Position numbers and translations under genes: made by a program. Positions 51,494 through 61,145 of a stretch of DNA of 64,000 nt are shown here, piece after piece (position 1 is the stretch's first letter; the number at the start of each line of letters is the position of its first letter). The DNA is from a virus. The notes beneath the pieces were generated by a model. That model was not told the origin of the DNA. It ran no database searches and saw nothing but the letters and a program-made list of their open reading frames with translations. The DNA is taken from the IMG/VR virus record IMGVR_UViG_3300006903_000012; one strand, given 5' to 3'.

Positions 51494-53238
51494 TATCTGG
51501 ATGTGTATCCATCAGTTGCAAATGGAACTTTCTTAACTAACATTTGCGCGCTATCCAGCATAGCTTTTTCTAACATAGCATTACAAGCATCCACTCTGTC
51601 TCTTGTCGTCTGCATAATAATCTCATCATGCACAATATTAACTATCTGCCCCAAGTCCGGATGTTTATTGATTCGAATCGTGGCAATTTTAGTCATTTCA
51701 GCCGCACTCCCTTGGATCGGAGTATTACCCGCTTGCCGACTAGATTCTTCTAGCTGCATATCTAAATAGCGGCGACGGCCGATAAGTGTTTCGACATAAC
51801 CATGTTGGGTTGCAAACTCAGCAATGTCATTCATATACTCAGTAACGCGCGGAAAGGTTCTAGCATGTTCAGTCGACAACTCTTTAGCTTCTCTCACTGA
51901 TATTTTCAAACTCTTAGCTAACTTTTTGACACCCATTCGGTAGATCAATCCGAAATTGATATTCTTGGCTGGTTTTCTTCGCGGATCGTCTTTATCAATT
52001 GTATCGTCTTTATATAACTTTCTGGCGACGTGGACATGAATATCTATACCTCTTTCAAAGGCTTCGATCATACCTGGATCACCACTTAATTCCGCTAAAA
52101 TCCGTAATTCTTGCTGCGAATAGTCACGGGCTAATAAAACCAAATCATCATCGGCGCCTGACCAGAAGCAGGCTCGATATTCCTGATACTCTTTAGACTT
52201 GTTTGGAATATTCATCAAGTTTGGTTTATCACCAGCAAAGCGACCCGTACGTGTTTCCACTTGTCGAATCCGCTGATGAACCCTACCTGTAATTGGATTC
52301 ACATGTTCCTTTAGAAAAGCGCGACCATAGGTAGTTGTTAATTTTTGCAGCACCTTATATCTAGCAAACCTTCTCAATAGTGGGTGATCATACTTTTCTA
52401 ATGAGTCGGCCACTGTTTCCTGCTTCAGATCAGGAAGGTCAATACCTAATTTATGCAGCCCATCCAAAATAATGGTTTGGCTGTTCGGATTCTCATCCGA
52501 CAGGCTATCACCGAAAATAGTAATTCTTTTAGTCGTCGTCGGCAGGTCTCGCAATATTTCTTTTCGGACCTGAGCTAATTCCTCTTCTTTTTTCTCAGCT
52601 AAGGCCAACCATCTCTCTGTGTTCAGACTAAATCCGAGAGATTCAATATTAGCTAAGGCCGGAACTAACCGGTGCTCCAAATCTAAAACTCGCGGGAAGT
52701 TTTGGTAACCATTATCTGGTAACTCCTGCATCTTTTGATAAATCTTAGGCAGCACCCAAGCATCCAATGCACCATAACGAACCATTTCATCCGTAACAGC
52801 ATCTCCATTGATAAATCTATCTCGTACATCTTTTTTTAGTTTCAGATTAAGATGCTTTTGTGTCAAACCATCTAATGATAAATCTGGCCGATGGCCACTG
52901 TCATAAACTCCCTCGAATAGAAGTGTGTCAAAAATATTCTTTATTCTAACATCAAATGAGACTAAAAAATGCTTATACTCAAATGATGAATTATGAATAA
53001 CTTTTATAACTCGATCATTTTCTAAAAGTTTGGCTAGCGACCGAAAGTTGTCACGAAGTACAAAAACATCATCATCCACACACACTTGAGCCAAAACTAC
53101 TCGATGAAGTCGGGGATCTGGTGGTACATTTTTGCGACCATCCTTTAGAAATCTCCTTTTGGGGCTAGTCTCAATGTCTAAACCGATCAAACCCGATTTT
53201 GGTATTTTGGCAGCATCATCTATTAAATGAATTTGCAT
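51463..53238 (-). CDS. polA: family A DNA polymerase with 3'-5' exonuclease domain
   Basis: 591 aa. Contains motif A DYSQQELRILA, motif B KNINFGLIYRMG and motif C VHDEII, plus an N-terminal exo motif (GLDIETS). Confidence 0.9.
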   Translation of the reverse strand: MQIHLIDDAAKIPKSGLIGLDIETSPKRRFLKDGRKNVPPDPRLHRVVLAQVCVDDDVFVLRDNFRSLAKLLENDRVIKVIHNSSFEYKHFLVSFDVRIKNIFDTLLFEGVYDSGHRPDLSLDGLTQKHLNLKLKKDVRDRFINGDAVTDEMVRYGALDAWVLPKIYQKMQELPDNGYQNFPRVLDLEHRLVPALANIESLGFSLNTERWLALAEKKEEELAQVRKEILRDLPTTTKRITIFGDSLSDENPNSQTIILDGLHKLGIDLPDLKQETVADSLEKYDHPLLRRFARYKVLQKLTTTYGRAFLKEHVNPITGRVHQRIRQVETRTGRFAGDKPNLMNIPNKSKEYQEYRACFWSGADDDLVLLARDYSQQELRILAELSGDPGMIEAFERGIDIHVHVARKLYKDDTIDKDDPRRKPAKNINFGLIYRMGVKKLAKSLKISVREAKELSTEHARTFPRVTEYMNDIAEFATQHGYVETLIGRRRYLDMQLEESSRQAGNTPIQGSAAEMTKIATIRINKHPDLGQIVNIVHDEIIMQTTRDRVDACNAMLEKAMLDSAQMLVKKVPFATDGYTSRYWSKDGARVL

Positions 53239-53241
53239 CTT

Positions 53242-54219
53242 TTATCCATCCAGAAATGAACGATGCCGAATAGCATTTGATTCTCTATCAACCGGCTCAT
53301 ATCCCATATTATGCAGGTAGCGAACCGACACTCTATTTCTAGCCTGCCAATCCTTTTTCAGGGTATCGGTATTCGGCAGTTTCTGTTCTTTTAGCCATTT
53401 CGCTAGGTTTTCTTGAATAGTTGGATTCTGCTTTTCCCAATGGTTGCCAGCCATACCCGTCCCAAAATCTATCTGCCCGAAAGGTGTATCACAATAACCG
53501 AAACGGCCACCCGAAACCCATGTAGTCGCATCTGCGGAATCGCAGTCAACATGTTTTAGAAACTCAGGACTGGTTGTTGCCAGAACGTGCACCTTGATAT
53601 TTCTTTGGTGGGCATAATCTATAAACCGCCGATAAAAACTAATGTTGTGCTTGTGGGACTTTGGATTCTCTAAGGCTAAATATTTATATAACCCAGAATC
53701 GCACCATTCCTTCCACTCATCAAAACTACGAGTCCAATGCCAAATCCGAATGATCTTCTTGGGCGATTTCAGATTCTCTAGCATATACTGACACAACTTA
53801 TCGGCTGCCTTCCGACTGGAAAAGATGTCAATGTCCATATCGAATGCCCAATCGACCCAATCATCATAGTAGTTCAAAAACTTTACATATTTTCTAGTGT
53901 ATTCCAGCATTTCCGGAAACCGCTTCAGAACAGAGATACGTGTCTGTTTCATTTCCGGACTGTTACTACTCAAGCCTTTGCCAGGAACTTTGAAGATTCG
54001 ATAAAAGGAAAAGACGCCGCTATCAATAAATAGCTGTTGGGTCGTTTTCTTTAAACTAGCAAACTGCAACTTCAATTTCTCTTTGGGGTTGTCTTTCAAA
54101 TACCAATAGCTGATCAGAATATTCTCGACTCGCTCAGGCAAAAGTATGTCATCTACAAATTTCTTTGTCAGCGATGTCGAAAACACCATTCGATTTTTAC
54201 GTCTCACCTTTTTCGGCAT
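53242..54219 (-). CDS. DpdA-like (TGT-fold) DNA 7-deazaguanine transglycosylase candidate
   Basis: 325 aa. LFIDSGVFSF resembles the catalytic DSG.F strand of the TGT/DpdA family. It lies in the same strand block as folE and queC. The assignment rests on motif and context only. Confidence 0.45.
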   Translation of the reverse strand: MPKKVRRKNRMVFSTSLTKKFVDDILLPERVENILISYWYLKDNPKEKLKLQFASLKKTTQQLFIDSGVFSFYRIFKVPGKGLSSNSPEMKQTRISVLKRFPEMLEYTRKYVKFLNYYDDWVDWAFDMDIDIFSSRKAADKLCQYMLENLKSPKKIIRIWHWTRSFDEWKEWCDSGLYKYLALENPKSHKHNISFYRRFIDYAHQRNIKVHVLATTSPEFLKHVDCDSADATTWVSGGRFGYCDTPFGQIDFGTGMAGNHWEKQNPTIQENLAKWLKEQKLPNTDTLKKDWQARNRVSVRYLHNMGYEPVDRESNAIRHRSFLDG

Positions 54220-55318
54220 CTTCCACTCCCGGACCGCTCACCAATGGAAAGGTCACATAAGTAATATCTTTTCTCTTATTGCTTTTAAGTACAGTAGGAC
54301 CCTGCGAGTCGGTAAAATGAATAAGCGGATTGTCATCTATCAGATTCACAAAATCTAGAATGTGATTGGCATCCAACATAATTGCTAATTCTTTTCCTTT
54401 ACCACTAGTCACTGAAATCTTTCCAGCATATTTGCCCCGATCATCACTTTCAGCCGTAACAGCAATACTCTTACTATCACAAACTAACGATGTCTTCCGA
54501 TACTTAACATCAGAAAAACCGACTGCTCTAGAAAAGACTGTTAGAAGTTTCTCTCGCTCAACTTCTAAAACCAAAGAAAACTTTTGGGGCACTTGTGATT
54601 CTAACGTCGGATAATTGCCAGAATTTAGATTGAAGTAAAAGGTTCCGGCATCGGATTTAATTCCAAACATTGAGTCCTTAATACCCAACTTTTTGATTCC
54701 GCTAATTCCTTCACATTTCGATGCGGCATTATATGGAATCAAGAAATTCAAATCCTGCTCGCTGTTCACCTTACCGATGTCTAACAAAATATAGCGATAA
54801 CCGTCGGCTGCCTTCACAACCAATCTGCCTTTTTTGGAACTAACTGACACATTATAAAGAACAGGAGAAACTAAAGCAGTTGATACAAATTTATTAGCTC
54901 GACTGATAGCAGCTATCAGCGCATCACCGTCACACTCAAACTCGCTCAATGAATCCCAGCGGGGCCAGTCCATAAAGTCTTGAGCTGAACGTAACTTCGG
55001 TGAGGCACTGTCTGTCTTTGATTTTATTCGAACATCTGACTTATTAAAATCAAGCGATAACCTGCCTTGACTTTCTTGAGCATAATGGAAGAGACTTTCA
55101 AAGACGATTAGATAGCTTCCATTATCTCCTTTATCGTTTTCTATCTCTAACTGCCGTTCCACAAAGACAGTAATATCGGTCCCCCGAAGCAGCATCCTAC
55201 CATCTTTCACCTTAATCAGAACGCATTTATAAATCGGAGAATTAGATGTAACAGTTACCACTTTATTCAAAGAGTAAAGCGCATCGGATAAACTGCCGGC
55301 ATCAACTCGAACAGTCAT
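54197..55318 (-). CDS. dnaN: DNA polymerase III beta sliding clamp-like protein
   Basis: 373 aa. The N-terminus LSDALYSLNKVVTVTSNSPIYKCVLIKVKDGRMLLRGTDITVFVE follows the DnaN domain I pattern, and the size fits three clamp domains. Confidence 0.7.
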   Translation of the reverse strand: MTVRVDAGSLSDALYSLNKVVTVTSNSPIYKCVLIKVKDGRMLLRGTDITVFVERQLEIENDKGDNGSYLIVFESLFHYAQESQGRLSLDFNKSDVRIKSKTDSASPKLRSAQDFMDWPRWDSLSEFECDGDALIAAISRANKFVSTALVSPVLYNVSVSSKKGRLVVKAADGYRYILLDIGKVNSEQDLNFLIPYNAASKCEGISGIKKLGIKDSMFGIKSDAGTFYFNLNSGNYPTLESQVPQKFSLVLEVEREKLLTVFSRAVGFSDVKYRKTSLVCDSKSIAVTAESDDRGKYAGKISVTSGKGKELAIMLDANHILDFVNLIDDNPLIHFTDSQGPTVLKSNKRKDITYVTFPLVSGPGVEDAEKGET

Positions 55319-56544
55319 ACGACCCCCGAAACAATTCTGAGTGTGACCGAGATTCCCAGATAATGTTTAATTATCTTTTGTAGCTTATCTTCGTCTATCT
55401 CAGTATTTTTTATTTTCTTCAAAACCACTGTATCACTTCCTTTCACTCTCACAAATCGTAAACTTTTGACCTGCAAAAGATATTTAGAATGATTAGTTCT
55501 AACAAAATAAAGAAAAGCATCCCAATCATTCAGCATGATAGCTGGCGGCGGAACTAAATTTAACCGATAAAAGCCATCGACTAAAGCCAACTCCAAACTT
55601 ATAGCAGGCTGATACATACCCCTGACTATTTCTTCTTTGGCCTTTTTAAAAACGTCTAACCATTGAAGATAGGTATTAACTGGAAGTTTGCTGTCAACAG
55701 CCGTAACAACTGATTTTGCTAATCCCGCTAAAATTGATTCGCAAACCATTCTTGGTTCATGATAAACACATAAGGACATTAGAGAATCTAATGATTCTTT
55801 GATCCTTCCCGAAAGAAAAAGCCGAACTAACTCATCGGTATCAACTCGATGTCCGACAACCGACTCAACCACAGCACTATTAATTTTCTCATAGGGAGCC
55901 ACCACTTCCAACAAGGAAAGAGCATCACGAGCACTTCCATTGGCATATTCAGATATTTTGAATAAGGCTTCGCGACTAATTTCTAATCCTTGTGACTGGG
56001 TCACTCGAAGAATGACCTTAGCTGTTTCCATCCGGGTCAAATTCTTCAACTGTAACCACATGCACCGCGATCGAAGCGCCCGATCTAACTTCTCAGGCTC
56101 GGTTGTTAAAAGCATAATAAGTGTATTTGGTGGTGGCTCTTCAATCACTTTCAAAAGAATTGCCATCCCTTTTTGGGTAATTGTGTGTGCCTCATCCAGA
56201 ATAAAGACTTTGTAATTATATTCGGGCAGCAGATACATTCGCTGCTGTAACTGTTGAATAGCCCCCGGATTACCATGAACTGTAGAATCAATTTCATAAA
56301 TGTCCGGATGATTATTCTGCCGACACGACTCACATTTATAGCAGGGTCGTTTCTTTTGTGATTTGCAATTTACAGCTCTAGCCAAAATTCTAGCCATTGA
56401 CGTTTTACCAACACCACGAGTTCCGGACATCAAAATACTTCTTGTAGTAATTTCGTCTTGCCACGATAAGTTTTCTAAAACCATAGCGGCAGGTTGACCG
56501 ATTACATCTGAAAAAGATTTAGGACGAAATTCGTTATATAGCAT
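55315..56544 (-). CDS. dnaX: clamp loader ATPase, DnaX (gamma/tau)-like
   Basis: Contains FSDVIGQ, GTRGVGKTS (Walker A), a zinc module CYKCESC, ILDEAH (Walker B) and a sensor SRC. Confidence 0.8.
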   Translation of the reverse strand: MLYNEFRPKSFSDVIGQPAAMVLENLSWQDEITTRSILMSGTRGVGKTSMARILARAVNCKSQKKRPCYKCESCRQNNHPDIYEIDSTVHGNPGAIQQLQQRMYLLPEYNYKVFILDEAHTITQKGMAILLKVIEEPPPNTLIMLLTTEPEKLDRALRSRCMWLQLKNLTRMETAKVILRVTQSQGLEISREALFKISEYANGSARDALSLLEVVAPYEKINSAVVESVVGHRVDTDELVRLFLSGRIKESLDSLMSLCVYHEPRMVCESILAGLAKSVVTAVDSKLPVNTYLQWLDVFKKAKEEIVRGMYQPAISLELALVDGFYRLNLVPPPAIMLNDWDAFLYFVRTNHSKYLLQVKSLRFVRVKGSDTVVLKKIKNTEIDEDKLQKIIKHYLGISVTLRIVSGVV

Positions 56545-56563
56545 AACATCCTTTCAAAAGAAC

Positions 56564-57412
56564 TTACCAGCCGACACAAGCTGGTCGCACACTTCGACAA
56601 TTCAGGTTTTGTTTGGCTGAGAAAACAACTGCATTCCAGCGTGAATTAACAGCCGTAAAAGCTGGTTGGCATTCCATCCATTCGGCACAACCTCCTTGAG
56701 AGATTAAAACACCCATAGCTGAGTCAGGAGTGTAATTACCAAACGTGACCGAATCAGCTACCACATGTACATAACCGTCTAAAGCCATCTGTGCTGCCGG
56801 ATGAGCAGACGACAAATCTTTTAGAGCGGCATTAATTAGAGTTTGGGAATCCATCTGCCGAAACGACTGCATATCAATTAGCAAGGTTATCTGATCTTTA
56901 ATTGTTTGACAGTTACCCTGGCAAGAACGAATATATCGATCACTGCGATACTCAAATGAAACAGCTTCTAATGCTTCTAGATAAAATAGATCATCTCGAT
57001 TAATAACTGTTCCAAATTCTCCTTGGACAATAAGAGCTAGCAAAAATAGATCAGAAATTTTTGAACCTTCTAGGTATAAATCGCCTTCTGGCATTCTAGA
57101 TAATTGACAGCGAATGTCTGAATATTTTTTGGCTGTATCTTGAACAAGAGTCGTATTAGAATAATCAGGTAAGTCAGATGATTGAAGAGAATAGCAAATA
57201 TCAACTGGCCTGACAACGGCTAACTCTGCTCTAACATCAGTACTCGGATTCTTCTCACTAACAGTATACTTTATCTTATTTAAATCTTTATTACGCCCAA
57301 CCACAATGGTGTTGGGAGTTTCTGAAGAAACTAAATTAGTCACAATTGGTATCGGTCTAAAACTTGTTGAAAAGATTGCTGATACCAAAAGAAAACTTTG
57401 CAAAAGTCTCAT
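56564..57412 (-). CDS. secreted hypothetical protein
   Basis: ATG at 57412 after AAGGAG. The signal-like N-terminus is MRLLQSFLLVSAIFSTSF. Several Cys residues are present. Confidence 0.5.
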   Translation of the reverse strand: MRLLQSFLLVSAIFSTSFRPIPIVTNLVSSETPNTIVVGRNKDLNKIKYTVSEKNPSTDVRAELAVVRPVDICYSLQSSDLPDYSNTTLVQDTAKKYSDIRCQLSRMPEGDLYLEGSKISDLFLLALIVQGEFGTVINRDDLFYLEALEAVSFEYRSDRYIRSCQGNCQTIKDQITLLIDMQSFRQMDSQTLINAALKDLSSAHPAAQMALDGYVHVVADSVTFGNYTPDSAMGVLISQGGCAEWMECQPAFTAVNSRWNAVVFSAKQNLNCRSVRPACVGW

Positions 57413-57476
57413 TAGCAACTCCTTAACGATGTTGGGCGTAACAACTCCGCCTCAACTAAAACTTTATTTGCCACCA

Positions 57477-57695
57477 TCAAGCGTCTAAATTAATTAATGC
57501 GCTTTTAGCCTCGTTTCGTAAATGTTTAGGAATTTGTTTTCTCCATTTTGACCACCATTGTCGCATCGATAGTTCATCAAGGTCATCTGATGCTTCTAAC
57601 CGCAATTTAGATCCTTCACCTAAATTACCCAACCCAATATATTGGATCCATTTATTTGTAAACATCTCTCTATCGTCTGAATCTAAATCAGTCAT
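57477..57695 (-). CDS. hypothetical protein
   Basis: 72-aa ORF. Confidence 0.45.
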   Translation of the reverse strand: MTDLDSDDREMFTNKWIQYIGLGNLGEGSKLRLEASDDLDELSMRQWWSKWRKQIPKHLRNEAKSALINLDA

Positions 57696-57704
57696 AGTTT
57701 CTCC

Positions 57705-59072
57705 TCATCCCCATTTGGCATAAGCTGATTGCCATGGTAACGCAAAAAAGCCAGTTGGTCCATTTCGATGCTTACCTAGAATGTGATACCCAATTCCTTC
57801 TTTGGGTGGCATGTTTGGATGTGGTGTGATCTTGATTCCATTATTCACATACTCCATCGGCAGATATAACAGGTCAATCAAATCCGCAATTTGCTCGGCC
57901 ATGCCAGAATACCTGATCTGCCGCACACTGGGCACTCGTGTGCCAGATAATTCAACCTGCCGACCGATATGTGCAATTCCAATTACAGCACAGCTCAATC
58001 GTTTTGATAACGCTTTATGAGTAATCATAGCTTTGGCTACCTGACGTTCGGGATTTTCATCATCACCCCCACCACTCGAAACTAGTTCAAGAAAGTCTGT
58101 CACCAACAGAACAACTGAACCATACTGAGCTTTGAGTCCTGAAGCACGACTGGAAATAGTACTCGCAACTAACAGATCTGAATCATCAATAAAAATCGGC
58201 AAATTCCGATGCTCTCGTAACGCCTTAACTACTCGCCTGATTGATGTCTTATCATTTTTATAACCACCGGTACGCAATAAGACCGAGTTTATTTCGGCCT
58301 CAGCCAAAATAGCTCGCGAGACTAAATCAACACCCAACATCTCACCACTATTGATAGCCACAACACCGGGCAAATGATTATCTCGCAATCGCATAGCAAC
58401 TCGAACAGCAACTTGTAGCGCGAATTGCGTTTTTCCAGCAGCGGGCGGGGCTGCTAAGATAGTAAATCCGGGGTATGGTAACCCACCGCCCGTTGCTCGA
58501 TCAAACTGATCGAAACCTGTCATCAACCGATCTTCAGGTGGACCACCTTTTAGAATTCGCTGTAATCGTTGAGTGTACTCATCTAAAAAAGTGTTGTAAT
58601 GCTTGAAGCCCCGACTCGATTTTCGATTGTACTGGTGGTCGACTACATCGCGGATAACACTTGCCATGAACTGTTCATCATTTAGTTTCAACAGTGCATT
58701 CTTAGCTTCTTTATCTTCTAGAGTCTGATACGCTGCCCTAAATAATGTTTTTAACTGATGCAGACGGCCCAACTTCTCCACGGCTTTAGCATACCGCAGA
58801 GTTTCTTTGAAAGAGAACTCTTTTGAAACACCATAACGGACATGGCAGTTCCGAATGTCACGCAATAATGCTAAGCCACCATAACCCTGCACTTTCTCGG
58901 CCAACTCCGGAACGGTAAACTGTTCGCCTAGTTCTAACATATTGGCATAGACAGCTTGCAGATCATTTTCGGTAATGACATCCTGATTTAGTTCCGGAGC
59001 CAATCGCACAAAGTTTTCACGATTCCTGATAAAGCCACACAACACCAGCATCTGAAAGTCTCTTGACTTCAT
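57705..59072 (-). CDS. dnaB: replicative DNA helicase, DnaB family
   Basis: 455 aa. GFDQFDRATGGGL..ILAAPPAAGKTQFALQ (Walker A), VLLVTDFLELV (Walker B) and a RecA-like C-terminal domain. Confidence 0.85.
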   Translation of the reverse strand: MKSRDFQMLVLCGFIRNRENFVRLAPELNQDVITENDLQAVYANMLELGEQFTVPELAEKVQGYGGLALLRDIRNCHVRYGVSKEFSFKETLRYAKAVEKLGRLHQLKTLFRAAYQTLEDKEAKNALLKLNDEQFMASVIRDVVDHQYNRKSSRGFKHYNTFLDEYTQRLQRILKGGPPEDRLMTGFDQFDRATGGGLPYPGFTILAAPPAAGKTQFALQVAVRVAMRLRDNHLPGVVAINSGEMLGVDLVSRAILAEAEINSVLLRTGGYKNDKTSIRRVVKALREHRNLPIFIDDSDLLVASTISSRASGLKAQYGSVVLLVTDFLELVSSGGGDDENPERQVAKAMITHKALSKRLSCAVIGIAHIGRQVELSGTRVPSVRQIRYSGMAEQIADLIDLLYLPMEYVNNGIKITPHPNMPPKEGIGYHILGKHRNGPTGFFALPWQSAYAKWG

Positions 59073-59082
59073 ATCTCACTTT

Positions 59083-59814
59083 CTAATGCGAACGAATAAA
59101 CTCTGATGGTGACAACCAGCCTTCAGTCACTGGTAAATCTTGATACTTATCTAATTGACACACCGGCCAATAACCGGGGCCAGGTGGGAAGTTTTTATGT
59201 CGGCGCCCACAAGCCGCTTGCTCACCATTGATATAATCCTTTAGATAAAAAGACCGGATCTCAAAATGCAAATGCGAATTATACATATCACCCGGCCACA
59301 TACAAACTTGACCCAATGGTTGTCCTAACTCAACTATCTGACCAGCTGCAACAACTAGTCGATCCAAATGACTATACACTGAAAAGACATTCTTGTGGCC
59401 GACAATAAGCACACCGCAGGGATAATTGACCATTTCAGCATACATCACTTGCCCATCAGCCACTGATAGAATTAACTGGTTAACTGTAACCAACCAATAA
59501 CCGAAATCCGCATCCCATGTGTTTGGCTTAATCATCCAATCTTCACCGGCATGAAACCCGCCATCCGATCGACTATAGATTTGAAAGTTTTGATATATAA
59601 ACCACTGCCCAGGATGCTTGAATGGATAAGAAAAATGTTCTTCTATTGGCGATAAGACAAACTCTTTAGGAGTCACAACAGTCGATATGATTTCTTCCGA
59701 TTTGCCAAATCCTAACCCTTTTTCACTGACACTGTTATCCATTGTATGATGAGTTACTGGTGAGCCAAAAAGAAGACCATAACAAAAGAGACAAAATAAA
59801 TGTCTGAGTTTCAT
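59083..59814 (-). CDS. M23 (LytM-type) metallopeptidase with signal peptide
   Basis: Contains GFHAGEDW (HxxxD) and SHLHFEIRS (HxH). The N-terminal hydrophobic leader is LFCLFCYGLLFG. Confidence 0.75.
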   Translation of the reverse strand: MKLRHLFCLFCYGLLFGSPVTHHTMDNSVSEKGLGFGKSEEIISTVVTPKEFVLSPIEEHFSYPFKHPGQWFIYQNFQIYSRSDGGFHAGEDWMIKPNTWDADFGYWLVTVNQLILSVADGQVMYAEMVNYPCGVLIVGHKNVFSVYSHLDRLVVAAGQIVELGQPLGQVCMWPGDMYNSHLHFEIRSFYLKDYINGEQAACGRRHKNFPPGPGYWPVCQLDKYQDLPVTEGWLSPSEFIRSH

Positions 59815-60077
59815 TTGAAACTAATCTCATCACTATAACCGCTGTCAAGAATGCTTGGAATTTGATTCAAGGGAATTTGATTTGTTTCGGCTAGATAATT
59901 GATTAACCGACTAAGTGCTCGTTCAACATTTAATTGTCGTTGCTGTAAATCTTCTATTTGTGTTCCTTCGTAATTATCGGCTAACGATGCAGCAATATAA
60001 TCATCTAAATCGACCAACTCATCAAGATTATTCCCAACTAGACTGTGCCAGCTACGCATTACTTGGATTTTTGTCAT
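59811..60077 (-). CDS. hypothetical protein
   Basis: 88-aa ORF with a 4-nt overlap with the next gene. Confidence 0.45.
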   Translation of the reverse strand: MTKIQVMRSWHSLVGNNLDELVDLDDYIAASLADNYEGTQIEDLQQRQLNVERALSRLINYLAETNQIPLNQIPSILDSGYSDEISFK

Positions 60078-60083
60078 GTTAGC

Positions 60084-60518
60084 TCACTTGGAATAATAAC
60101 CATATAACAAACCGATTGATTTTTTTGTCAGACGGTATTGCTTCTCACCGATTTCTTCCAAAAGATCATCAGCTACCATTGTTGAATGATTGTACTTCGA
60201 ATTATAAATCGCTGAAAGATCACCGGTCTCAATACAATTTTTTAGCATCAATGCTAATAGCTGCTCTTTCTGACTTAGATCGTATTGAATTCCTTCAAGC
60301 ATACCGAACGGATGAAAGTGTGGTATCAGAAAATCTGTCGCGCTCAGTCCTGAAGTCAAGGTTGTTTGAATCAGCAACCAAATAAGAAACCCGCCCAGAA
60401 TAGTTAACAGCAAGGAACTAGAAAAACTTAACCCACTGGCACCCATCGCAATCCCAATACCTAAAACTGAGCTAATAATCAGAGATGGCAATTTATTTTT
60501 CATTTTTATCCTTAGCAT
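60084..60518 (-). CDS. membrane protein
   Basis: 144 aa with two N-terminal hydrophobic helices. Confidence 0.45.
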   Translation of the reverse strand: MLRIKMKNKLPSLIISSVLGIGIAMGASGLSFSSSLLLTILGGFLIWLLIQTTLTSGLSATDFLIPHFHPFGMLEGIQYDLSQKEQLLALMLKNCIETGDLSAIYNSKYNHSTMVADDLLEEIGEKQYRLTKKSIGLLYGYYSK

Positions 60519-60702
60519 ATGAGATCCCGACTAGATACCCAAGGCCAGATAGAACAATGGAAGAAATCAATCTAGCGTAGGCATCCCAGTCTGTAAATGG
60601 TGTACAGTCGGGCAGTTGACCTTGCTTTCCTACAAGAATACCAAAGGGAACTAAGATCATAACCAAAAGAAGGCAGATACGAAGAACTGTTGTTTTTGAC
60701 AT
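60493..60702 (-). CDS. small membrane protein
   Basis: 69 aa with two hydrophobic helices. Confidence 0.45.
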   Translation of the reverse strand: MSKTTVLRICLLLVMILVPFGILVGKQGQLPDCTPFTDWDAYARLISSIVLSGLGYLVGISYAKDKNEK

Positions 60703-60980
60703 TTTTTTATTTTCCTACTTTTTGATTTGCGGCTCTTTGATATTCTGCATCCGAGACATAAGATAAATAAATCACTAAAGCCGCCAAGTGAATATCCAAT
60801 CAATTGTGCCAGCTGTACTCGATCAGCATTGGCGAATGGCAAAGTTGCAAGTTTATTTAAATCGATGCTGCCATTGTCTATAAGATATCTAATTATTTCA
60901 TTTTGCTTGAATCGAATTACACCGTGAGAGTCTCTAATAAGCGGCTGACATGGGTGCTCTTGTTTCTTCTGGTGGCCCAT
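60657..60980 (-). CDS. hypothetical protein
   Basis: ATG at 60980 (MGHQKKQEHPCQPLIRD..) after AAAGGA. The track start 61016 would sit inside the terminator hairpin. Confidence 0.45.
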   Translation of the reverse strand: MGHQKKQEHPCQPLIRDSHGVIRFKQNEIIRYLIDNGSIDLNKLATLPFANADRVQLAQLIGYSLGGFSDLFILCLGCRISKSRKSKSRKIKKCQKQQFFVSAFFWL

Positions 60981-61004
60981 AAAGTCTATCCTTTCTTCTA
61001 AACT

Positions 61005-61045
61005 AAGAGAAAACAAAAACAGTTATAAGATAAATATAACTGTTT
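61005..61045 (-). terminator. rho-independent terminator candidate downstream of the primase gene
   Basis: A perfect 11-bp inverted repeat aaacagttata/tataactgttt (61017-61027 with 61035-61045) is followed on the minus RNA by UUUUGUUUUCUC. Confidence 0.5.
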
Positions 61046-61145
61046 ATAAGAATATAATATTTAATTAATGTAATACATCTTCATCCTGCCGGCCTTCTGT
61101 GATTTTAATTAGTTTTTAGAATCTGACTAGGGCAGTTTGAAAATT

